Of a DNA stretch of 31,260 nt, positions 17,223 through 24,509 are shown piece after piece; the first letter of the stretch is position 1, and every line of letters starts with the position of its first letter. This DNA is from Bdellovibrio sp. (GTDB taxonomy: Bacteria > Bdellovibrionota > Bdellovibrionia > Bdellovibrionales > Bdellovibrionaceae): NCBI GenBank assembly GCA_043741885.1, contig JAYTZS010000172.1, positions 1-31,260 of the forward strand. Reading direction: 5' to 3'. The notes beneath the pieces are model-generated. The model did not search any database. It was not told the DNA's origin and worked only from the letters and a program-made list of their open reading frames with translations. The translations under genes and the position numbers were made by a program.

Positions 17223-17238
17223 TGCAGAGACCATACCA
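17223..17238 (-). promoter_or_regulatory. Putative sigma54 (-24/-12) promoter
   Basis: Minus strand TGGTATGGTCTCTGCA = GG-N10-GCA, upstream of the lipoprotein gene starting at 17127. Confidence 0.5.
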
Positions 17239-17344
17239 AATTTTAGGAAAGCTCAAACTTGAACATCACTCGAACATCAGTTGTCTCAGAATATTCAATA
17301 GTCAAAATCTCTGCCAAATACCACAAGAAATTGGCGGTCGTTTT

Positions 17345-17360
17345 AGGCGCGATGTTTGCT
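17345..17360 (+). promoter_or_regulatory. Putative sigma54 (-24/-12) promoter
   Basis: AGGCGCGATGTTTGCT = GG-N10-GCT, 26 nt upstream of ATG 17386. Confidence 0.6.
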
Positions 17361-17385
17361 TAGTTTCATAACAAGGATTCTTATT

Positions 17386-18231
17386 ATGAAAACTTTTATA
17401 TTTCCAATCTTAGCTCTCTGCTTTTTTCTGATCACCCAGGCGTCCTGCCAAGTTCATCGGGACTCAAATGAGCCTATGGATGCGGGTTTTTTAAAGATTG
17501 ATCGTGGTGATTACAATGGAGCGATCGAGTATTTAACAGATTTGAGCTCGAGGGACTTTCGCCCAGAAGTGAAAGTAGCTCTATCGTCTGCCTATGCGGG
17601 ACGAGCGGGGCTAAAAATTGAGGGATTTTGGGACTTCGCTCAAAAAATGAAAAATGAGCCTGTGACGACAGAGACACTGATTCAACAGCCATTTTACCTG
17701 CACAACAAAGCCAATGTAGCCAATGTGGAGCCGTTTCTCTCAGAACAAAATCGACAAGACTTGGAAACTGTTTTTCAAATGATGTCAGCGCTTGATATTT
17801 ACCGAGCACGGGTTCTGACAATCCCCTACATCCCAAAAAGTCAAAGAGGTGATTTGCAAACAGCCATAGAAATTCTCAATCAAATTCCGACGTCTGGTGG
17901 ACGAGTGTACAGAGCTGTTCTGACTGGGGCCTTTTTGCGATCCGAACTGGACGATGGTTTTGATGTTTGGGGTTCTATTCAAGCTCGCATCAACGATGCT
18001 TATCGAAATCCCATCGAGGCGATTTCTATCTTCTGCACACCCCTCACTGGAAATTTTGCGACTTGGTTGGGCAAGGAATTTTATTATGTTCAGACAGCTT
18101 CAGAGGATTTAGGATTTGCTTTTCCATCCGACACTCAAAGTTTTTCGGCTTTCTCAACGCCTGTCAGCGCCCTTCAAGAAAAAATACCACAGTTGCAAAG
18201 CACCTTGGTGCCAGGACCTTGCAATGAATAA
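17386..18231 (+). CDS. Hypothetical lipoprotein with an N-terminal TPR-like helix pair
   Basis: Signal MKTFIFPILALCFFLITQASC (lipobox-like), IDRGDYNGAIEYL...VALSSAYAGRAG, all-helical. AAGGA RBS before ATG 17386. Confidence 0.75.
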   Translation: MKTFIFPILALCFFLITQASCQVHRDSNEPMDAGFLKIDRGDYNGAIEYLTDLSSRDFRPEVKVALSSAYAGRAGLKIEGFWDFAQKMKNEPVTTETLIQQPFYLHNKANVANVEPFLSEQNRQDLETVFQMMSALDIYRARVLTIPYIPKSQRGDLQTAIEILNQIPTSGGRVYRAVLTGAFLRSELDDGFDVWGSIQARINDAYRNPIEAISIFCTPLTGNFATWLGKEFYYVQTASEDLGFAFPSDTQSFSAFSTPVSALQEKIPQLQSTLVPGPCNE

Positions 18232-19300
18232 AATTTCTATTTCAAGCTCGCTTTTTTTTCTAATCTTTCTAATCTTAGCGACTTCCATGTCCCTTCCTGG
18301 AGTCAGTTTGGCAGTTGAAGTGCCAAGGCAATTGACTTCGGGACGATCTGACTTCAAAGCGAGAGCTCTTGGCGACAATTGTTATTCGATGGATCTCGAG
18401 GGAGACACTCCATGCAATCCTGCTTTCCTGGCTGGTGATGCTAAAGACTACTGGTTTGGGCATTTTTTCATGGGCAACAATGTTAATTATTATAAAGATG
18501 CTAAAGAGGTTTTGGACACACGGGCAAACACAGAAACATTTGAGCGGTTGTTCAGTCAAACTCGAAGCTCGGAATTAAATGCAGATCTCGAGTTTGGCTA
18601 TAGAAAAAATTACTTTGCCGCCAGCTTTTCACCGTCAAAAATTGGCTATTACAGTTTGATTCGTGACCGAGTTTTACCGTATATCAGTTTGTACGCTTCA
18701 CAAGAACAGATCTTACGGTTGCAGTCAGCCTGGAAAATACAAGATAGTTTTTATTTAGGCCTCCAAGGCCGCGCCGTTTCGCGAAAATTTATTTTGTCCG
18801 ATTTCTTTTTGACTGACGTTTTGGCTGAAGGCGGATCCGACAGAGTACTCAATGCGCGCTATCAAAATGTTTTTTATCTCGAACCCGGACTTTTGTGGTC
18901 AGCTCCAGAAATTTTTCTTCATCCACAAGCGTCGTTTGTTATCACTCAGGCTGGACTCTACGATAAAAGATATGATGATTTGCCGTCACAGCCTGAAGCC
19001 GAGATGGGGGCCTCGGTCAGACCTGATATCGGCTTCGGAACTTTGGAAGTTGGCGGCCACGTCAGTTTGCATCCCCAGACAAAGCGCTGGACAGACCTGG
19101 TCAGTGCAGCTGCGACTTTGACTGTCGGAAACTTTCAGTGGGTTGGCTCTGTCAGCGAAAATCAAGCTGACGCCGGATTGATGCTTCAGTTTTCTAAGCT
19201 TCAAGGTGGTATCCTTTACGACTACCGTATATTTGAAAACCTTCTCGGTGAAAAAGATCAACGCCATACATGGTATTTCCAATTTGGTGGACAGATTTAA
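18224..19300 (+). CDS. Outer-membrane beta-barrel, TraF_2/PorV/FadL-like N-terminal motif
   Basis: Signal peptide ending SLA, KARALG...NPAFLA motif, many amphipathic strands, C-terminal WYFQFGGQI. ATG 18224 overlaps the upstream stop by 8 nt. Confidence 0.75.
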   Translation: MNKISISSSLFFLIFLILATSMSLPGVSLAVEVPRQLTSGRSDFKARALGDNCYSMDLEGDTPCNPAFLAGDAKDYWFGHFFMGNNVNYYKDAKEVLDTRANTETFERLFSQTRSSELNADLEFGYRKNYFAASFSPSKIGYYSLIRDRVLPYISLYASQEQILRLQSAWKIQDSFYLGLQGRAVSRKFILSDFFLTDVLAEGGSDRVLNARYQNVFYLEPGLLWSAPEIFLHPQASFVITQAGLYDKRYDDLPSQPEAEMGASVRPDIGFGTLEVGGHVSLHPQTKRWTDLVSAAATLTVGNFQWVGSVSENQADAGLMLQFSKLQGGILYDYRIFENLLGEKDQRHTWYFQFGGQI

Positions 19301-19329
19301 TCTTTTTTCAGAATTTCATTTTGAGACAA

Positions 19330-19558
19330 GTTCCCCGTAATTTCTAGGGGTATTTGAAGCAAGAGATGGCATCCTGCCAGATGAAGGCTGTGCGCCTCCT
19401 TACCTCGCCATTCGGTCGACGGCCCAGGGTCGATCCGATTTTAACTCAGGATTTAGATTTAAAACTTTCTTTGTCTTTAATTCTCCCGGTCACGATTACC
19501 GGGAGAAGCAGGAGCTCGAGGACAGAGTCCTCGATAGACAGGATGTCTTCTTCCACGA
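19330..19558 (+). repeat. Composite palindromic repeat, copy 1 (module A 19330-19446, module B 19468-19558)
   Basis: Both modules recur in inverted orientation at 28945-29230; multiple internal hairpins. Confidence 0.9.
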
Positions 19559-19630
19559 CTGACAAAAAACTCAACTAAAAGGGGCCGACGGATACCGACT
19601 TCGTGATTGAATGCGAAAGAATGCTTAAAG

Positions 19631-19665
19631 TAAAGAAAGAGCACGATCTACGCGCTCTTTCTTTA
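19631..19665 (-). terminator. Intrinsic terminator downstream of the YaiI/YqxD gene
   Basis: TAAAGAAAGAGC...GCTCTTTCTTTA inverted repeat. On the minus strand, GAGCGCG-TAGAT-CGTGCTC followed by TTTCTTT, 9 nt after the stop. Confidence 0.65.
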
Positions 19666-19673
19666 TCTTGATT

Positions 19674-20150
19674 CTAGATTGAACTTTTTTTCATGCTCAT
19701 TTGAGTCCGCCGAATGGATTGGAGGATCTGGTCTAGTTTCGTTAGAAATTGCGATCGATCGGTTTTCTGCATAGGAGCTGGACCGCCTTTCGCTTCTCCA
19801 GTCTGTCGCAGGTGGGCCATCAATTCTCGGGTGCCCACAGCTTCTCCAATATTCTCTTCAGTCCATTCTTTTCCTTTGGGACTGAGCACTCGCGCTTTCT
19901 TTTTCAGAGCTCGCTCAGCTAATAAAATATCGGTGGTCACAACGACATCATCTAAACCGCATTGCTCAATAATCCAGTCGTCAGCGGAATCAAAATCTCC
20001 AGAAACCACCTGCATTCGTATTCGCTCACTGGATGGAATCTGTATAAATTTATTAGCAACTACGATCACTGAAATTTGATATCGCTCGGCAACTTTGTAA
20101 ATTTCTTCTTTTACTGGGCAACCATCGGCGTCCACATAAATTTCTAACAA
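19674..20150 (-). CDS. YaiI/YqxD family protein (DUF188, PIN-like)
   Basis: [52 protein letters not shown] start at 20150 with a GGTGG RBS. Confidence 0.9.
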   Translation of the reverse strand: MLEIYVDADGCPVKEEIYKVAERYQISVIVVANKFIQIPSSERIRMQVVSGDFDSADDWIIEQCGLDDVVVTTDILLAERALKKKARVLSPKGKEWTEENIGEAVGTRELMAHLRQTGEAKGGPAPMQKTDRSQFLTKLDQILQSIRRTQMSMKKSSI

Positions 20151-20235
20151 GTCAACCACCTTAAATCTGACTGGATTTTTGCAGGCCAATCTCTTTCTTG
20201 TACAAGGCGAGCTTATTGAATGCTAGAATTTCTCT

Positions 20236-21153
20236 ATGAGAATTGAAAGTTTAAACGATTTACTAGGGCAGTTTCCTGATATTGATGGCTTCTGGAATTT
20301 TGATGATTTGGTTAAAACTGAAACAACCATTTCGGCGCTTTTACCGAGCCCCTCTGAAACTTGGAGTTCCAAGGATGTCGAAGTTTTAACTCAATTGGGC
20401 CGGGTGCAAAGTCTACAAGGTCATCATGCTTCGGCTCGAGTCACTTTGGCAGAAGCTCAGAAAAAAATCGCCGACTTAGACAGTGCGGCTCGATTGCGAC
20501 CGGAGATTCGATATTTGTTAGAGCAAGGGCGATTGCTCTGTGCGCAAATGACACCATCTAAGGCGCAAAATTATTTCTCTCAAGCTTGGAATTTGTCTGC
20601 TTCAGCGAAAGAAGTTTTCTTTGCTATTGATGCAGCCTTGATGCTTTCGATCAGTCAGCCACCAAAATATCAAAATGAGTGGCTTCAAAAAGCCCTGTCG
20701 TTGGCCGAAGAAACGGTTACAGAGCAAGGTCATCTTTGGTTGGCGCAACTGTACACGATGGACGGATGGCATAAATTTGATTTCCGTTCCTTTGACAAAG
20801 CTCTAGAAAGTTTTGAAAAAGCCCTGGCTCGTCCCCGAGTTCCTGGCGACGATACAAAAAATTTCGTCATCCGTTGGTGCATTGCGCGAACCTTGCGCGC
20901 CCTGGGCCGAATTCAAGAATCCTATGATCTTCAGTATGCCCTTCACACAGAGTTGCTCGAAGTGGGCGGCTCGAATGGCCATGTTTATTTGGAACTTGCC
21001 GAGTGTCAGCAAACCCTCAACCGTTTAGCCGAAGCTAAAACAAATTTCGAATTCGCTTATAAAGAGCTCTCAGCCAATGGTTGGTATACGGATAACAAAG
21101 CATCAGAGCTTGGCCGAATTCAGTATCTTTCCAAGAAGTCGGTTCAATACTAA
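20236..21153 (+). CDS. Tetratricopeptide-repeat protein
   Basis: Repeated TPR-like helices (TQLGRVQSLQG..A...LAEA, LEQGRL, WCIARTLRALGR, YLELAEC...L....A..NFE.AY). Confidence 0.75.
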   Translation: MRIESLNDLLGQFPDIDGFWNFDDLVKTETTISALLPSPSETWSSKDVEVLTQLGRVQSLQGHHASARVTLAEAQKKIADLDSAARLRPEIRYLLEQGRLLCAQMTPSKAQNYFSQAWNLSASAKEVFFAIDAALMLSISQPPKYQNEWLQKALSLAEETVTEQGHLWLAQLYTMDGWHKFDFRSFDKALESFEKALARPRVPGDDTKNFVIRWCIARTLRALGRIQESYDLQYALHTELLEVGGSNGHVYLELAECQQTLNRLAEAKTNFEFAYKELSANGWYTDNKASELGRIQYLSKKSVQY

Positions 21154-21294
21154 TCGGTACTAATCCGATACTGACGAGAGTTTCATTCAGTTGAATGTGG
21201 TATTTCCGAACGATTCTCTGTTGAACCTGCGAGGCAAAAAACCATAATCCTTCCGTGAAATGCAAAGAAGTGCCCCTATGCCCTCTTTTTTATG

Positions 21295-21310
21295 CGGCAA
21301 GCTTTATGCA
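21295..21310 (+). promoter_or_regulatory. Putative sigma54 (-24/-12) promoter
   Basis: CGGCAAGCTTTATGCA = GG-N10-GCA, 28 nt upstream of ATG 21338. Confidence 0.55.
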
Positions 21311-21337
21311 TAATTCATAATGCAGGAGGTACTGGTT

Positions 21338-21592
21338 ATGAATTCACAATTAGAAGCGGCCGCTGCATCTTTTGTAGCACCGAAATTGTTGAGCAAATTT
21401 AGATTTCGCTATTTGGTCTTCGGAGCAGCTGCATATTATGGTTTGAAATACCTGAGCAGCCGTGGTGTTTTCCCTAAACAAACAGGTGCTGCAGTTGATT
21501 TGATCGACAGAGGCATCGATATGGCGAAAAATCAAGTTGGCATTGGTAGCAGCATGTCTGATGTCGCATCCACTTCAATGAGCCGACATTAG
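21338..21592 (+). CDS. Small hypothetical protein (84 aa)
   Basis: AGGAGG RBS before ATG 21338; one short hydrophobic stretch (YLVFGAAAYYGL); followed by a terminator. Confidence 0.75.
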   Translation: MNSQLEAAAASFVAPKLLSKFRFRYLVFGAAAYYGLKYLSSRGVFPKQTGAAVDLIDRGIDMAKNQVGIGSSMSDVASTSMSRH

Positions 21593-21666
21593 AAATCTCT
21601 AGTCTTTGAAAGTGATGCGCTAAATAGCCGCTTGTTCAAAGTCTTGAAATTTTTTAAATAAAGAAG

Positions 21667-21696
21667 AGAGCTGGGCCCTACCTGGCTCTTTTTTTT
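21667..21696 (+). terminator. Intrinsic terminator
   Basis: AGAGCTGGG-CCCTA-CCTGGCTCT followed by a T run; two G-U pairs that work on the + strand only. Confidence 0.65.
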
Positions 21697-21773
21697 CCTT
21701 TATGATCGACGCATGTTTTGTTTGAGTTTCTTCCTTCGGCTCCCGCATAATTAATCCAAAGCGAGAGTAAAAT

Positions 21774-22553
21774 ATGACTGAGAAAAAGAGATGGGTGATC
21801 AAAGCCGGAAGCAAGATGGTTTGCGATGGCGGTCCCCTTTTGATGCGAGGCTGGATGCAGCAAGTAGCTGAGCTCAAACGAAAGCACCATATTGAGGTGA
21901 TTTGGGTGACCTCAGGTGCTATCGCGTGGGCTGTGGAAAGGACTAGATTTAAACAGCCTAAACGCACGCTCCCCCAAAAACAGGCCCTCAGCGCAATTGG
22001 TCAACCGCTGATTATGGACCAATACAATCTCGCACTTCAGGCAACTGATTTGTTAGGAGCTCAAGTTCTGCTCACTTCAGATGATATGAAAGATCGAAGT
22101 CGACGACGCAATTTGCAGAACACATTAAACGAACTGCTGCGTTGGAAAGTGATCCCGCTGCTCAATGAAAATGATGCTGTGGCAACTGAACAAATTCAGT
22201 TTGGAGACAATGATTCACTGGCTTCCCAGGTCGCGGTGATGATGAAGGCGGAACGATTGATTTTAATGACCGATGTTGATGGCCTGTTCGATCAAGATCC
22301 AAAAAAATTTTCTGGCGCAAATCTTATTCAGTATCGTCGTCGAATTGGTGCGGCTGAAATGAAGTTGGCGAATCGCCAAGAAAAATCAAAAGAAGGCACT
22401 GGTGGAATGTACTCAAAACTTTTGGCTGCAGATTTTGCATGTCGTTCTGGAATTGTCACCCATCTAGTTCGAGGAGATTGGCCTAAAAACTTGCTTGAGC
22501 TTGCACGCGGTCGAGCCGTTGGAACTCAGATTGGCGGATCCTTTGGCAAGTGA
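21774..22553 (+). CDS. proB: Glutamate 5-kinase lacking the C-terminal PUA domain
   Basis: VIKAGS, VTSGAI, AIGQP, NENDAV, FGDNDSLA, LMTDVDGL, GTGGMYSKL; 259 aa. Confidence 0.95.
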   Translation: MTEKKRWVIKAGSKMVCDGGPLLMRGWMQQVAELKRKHHIEVIWVTSGAIAWAVERTRFKQPKRTLPQKQALSAIGQPLIMDQYNLALQATDLLGAQVLLTSDDMKDRSRRRNLQNTLNELLRWKVIPLLNENDAVATEQIQFGDNDSLASQVAVMMKAERLILMTDVDGLFDQDPKKFSGANLIQYRRRIGAAEMKLANRQEKSKEGTGGMYSKLLAADFACRSGIVTHLVRGDWPKNLLELARGRAVGTQIGGSFGK

Positions 22554-23814
22554 TGCAAAGTTAGACCCGCAAATAGAAGCTGCCCTCTTAGAACTCCGGC
22601 GCAAAGGCAAGGATCTGAGGAAACTTTCGACAGAGAGAAAAAATAAAATTCTTGGTGATTTGGCAGCTAGCTTAAAAGAACGAGCTGACTTAATCTTGAA
22701 CGCCAATCAAAAAGACTTGCAAAATCTTTCTGCGGATTCGACGCCAGCTTTTCAAGATCGCCTTACCCTCAGTCAATCGAGGTTGGGATCAATGGCCGAA
22801 AGTTTGATCCAAGTCTCGCAACTTCCGGACCCAGTTGGAGAAGTGATTGAGTCAAAAACCTTGAACAATGGCCTCAAGCTGCAAAAAGTACGAGCTCCCT
22901 TGGGAACTTTGCTTCTCATCTTTGAGTCTCGACCCAACGTCATTCTCGAAGCTTTTTCATTGGCCTTCAAGTCTGGAAACTCGATCATTCTTCGTGGTGG
23001 CTCTGATTCCCGCTGGACCAGCGAAGCTCTCTATCAACTGATGTCCGAAGTTCTCTCACAAAATAATTTCGCAAGTTCTAGCTTCTACCCAGTTCAGGAC
23101 TACGACCGAAAGGTTGTCGAAAGTCTTCTTCGGCGAAAAGACCTGATTGATGTGGTCATCCCTCGTGGAGGCGATAAGTTGATTGAATTTGTTCAACGAA
23201 CAGCGCTCATGCCTTTGATTAAAAATGATCGCGGTTTATGCCACACCTATGTCGACGAAGATGCAGATCTGGAAATGGCAGTTCGAATTGTTGCCAATGG
23301 TAAAATCTCTCGTCCGGGAGTTTGCAACTCACTGGAGACAGTTTTGGTGCATAAAAGCTGTGCCGAGTCGTTTCTAAAAATGCTCGACCTGGCCACCGGC
23401 TCATCGAAACTTCAGTGGCGAGTCGATTTGCCAAGTCAGAAATTTCTACCGAACAAGGCCGAAGTTCGTCTGGCTTCGACAACTGACTGGGACACCGAAC
23501 ACTTAGATCTTATCCTCAACTGCAAGCTGGTTGAAAGTTTGGATCAGGCGATGGAGCACATTCAATTGCACGGGTCTCAACACTCGGAAGCGATTGTCAC
23601 TTCTTCTGAAAGCAAAGCACGTCGTTTTCAAGACGAAGTCGATGCGGCTGCAGTTTACTGGAATGCTTCGACTCGATTTACTGACGGCTTTGAATTTGGG
23701 CTTGGCGGAGAATTGGGCATTAGCACTCAGAAATTACATGTTCGCGGGCCGGTGGGCTTAAGAGAATTGACAACGCCTAGGTGGCTTATAGATGGAACCG
23801 GGCAAATTCGCTAA
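22543..23814 (+). CDS. proA: Gamma-glutamyl phosphate reductase
   Basis: FESRPNV, LRGGS, IPRGG, CNSLETVLVH, HSEAIVT, NASTRFTDG.EFGLG.E.GISTQKLH.RGPVGL. Start uncertain; TTG 22543 overlaps the proB end. Confidence 0.95.
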   Translation: MASDAKLDPQIEAALLELRRKGKDLRKLSTERKNKILGDLAASLKERADLILNANQKDLQNLSADSTPAFQDRLTLSQSRLGSMAESLIQVSQLPDPVGEVIESKTLNNGLKLQKVRAPLGTLLLIFESRPNVILEAFSLAFKSGNSIILRGGSDSRWTSEALYQLMSEVLSQNNFASSSFYPVQDYDRKVVESLLRRKDLIDVVIPRGGDKLIEFVQRTALMPLIKNDRGLCHTYVDEDADLEMAVRIVANGKISRPGVCNSLETVLVHKSCAESFLKMLDLATGSSKLQWRVDLPSQKFLPNKAEVRLASTTDWDTEHLDLILNCKLVESLDQAMEHIQLHGSQHSEAIVTSSESKARRFQDEVDAAAVYWNASTRFTDGFEFGLGGELGISTQKLHVRGPVGLRELTTPRWLIDGTGQIR

Positions 23815-23864
23815 ATAGTTGCAGAATAATTAGAGTCATTTCGGTGGCTCTCAAGGAGATCGGA

Positions 23865-24509
23865 ATGGACATTCAGCCTAGAAGATCACCGGCTATTCCA
23901 ATAATTATAGCTCTCAATGTGATCGTGTTTATTTTTTGGCATCTTTCCCAAAATCCATTGGTGATGTTGCAAAATTTCACAGTCAGCTGGGAGGGGCTGA
24001 GTGAAGGTCGTTTTTGGACTTTGCTCACATCCGTTTTTTCACATAATCTTTTGTGGCATCTGTTTCTAAATATGTTTGTTTTGAGAAGTTTCGGCTCTTT
24101 GATGGAAAAAGTTTTAGGGACTCGGACTTTTATTGCTTTTTATTTAGCGGCAGGATTATTTAGTTCTCTTTGTCATGCTGTCGTCTCGAACTGGATTTTG
24201 CAGTCTCCAGAGATCCCAGCTTTGGGAGCTTCCGGCGCAATCAGTGGAGTGATCTTGGTGTTTGCCCTGATTTTTCCCAAAGAACGGATCTGGATTTTCG
24301 GAATCTTGCCGCTTCCTGCACTGTGGGGCGCGCTTGCTTTCATTGGTTTGGACGTCTGGGGATTGGTCGCGCAAGCCGAAGGCGGTGGACTTCCAATCGG
24401 ACATGGCGCCCATATTGGTGGAGCGCTCACTGGGATTGCTTTTTATTTTCTGTCCGTGCGACCTAGACTGCAAAGATCTTTAACTAGAACTACAGCCCCA
24501 GCTTCTTGA
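23865..24509 (+). CDS. Rhomboid family intramembrane serine protease
   Basis: WTLLTSVFSH...HLFLNM, catalytic GASG and AHIGG, about six TMs. ATG 23865 with an AAGGAG RBS. Confidence 0.9.
   Translation: MDIQPRRSPAIPIIIALNVIVFIFWHLSQNPLVMLQNFTVSWEGLSEGRFWTLLTSVFSHNLLWHLFLNMFVLRSFGSLMEKVLGTRTFIAFYLAAGLFSSLCHAVVSNWILQSPEIPALGASGAISGVILVFALIFPKERIWIFGILPLPALWGALAFIGLDVWGLVAQAEGGGLPIGHGAHIGGALTGIAFYFLSVRPRLQRSLTRTTAPAS

Noticed and set aside
17124-17234. 36 aa minus-strand ORF whose TGA overlaps the lipoprotein ATG
   Set aside because: No RBS or family signal, and its start lies within the sigma54-like motif, so it is better explained as 5' UTR.
19499-19515. CCGGGAGAAGCAGG resembles SRP RNA domain IV (GGAAGCAG)
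   Set aside because: The matching CAGG strand and GNRA loop are missing, and the sequence is explained by the repeat hairpins.
19330-19558. CRISPR array or classical MITE interpretation of the repeat
   Set aside because: Only two dispersed copies, no regular repeat-spacer pattern, no cas genes, and no terminal inverted repeats or target-site duplication visible.
19354-19578. 74 aa ORF over repeat copy 1 (and the 62 aa ORF 29109-29297 over copy 2)
   Set aside because: The two copies do not keep a common reading frame, there is no RBS, and the composition is Ser/Arg-rich shadow-like.
20205-20222. AGGCGAGCTTATTGAA as a sigma54 site for the TPR gene
   Set aside because: It has GA instead of the near-invariant GC at -12.
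21620-21748. Possible 42 aa minus-strand peptide MREPKEETQTKH...FEQAAI
   Set aside because: Weak RBS. The Lys/Glu run is the antisense of the + strand terminator T-tract, and the region must also hold the proB promoter.
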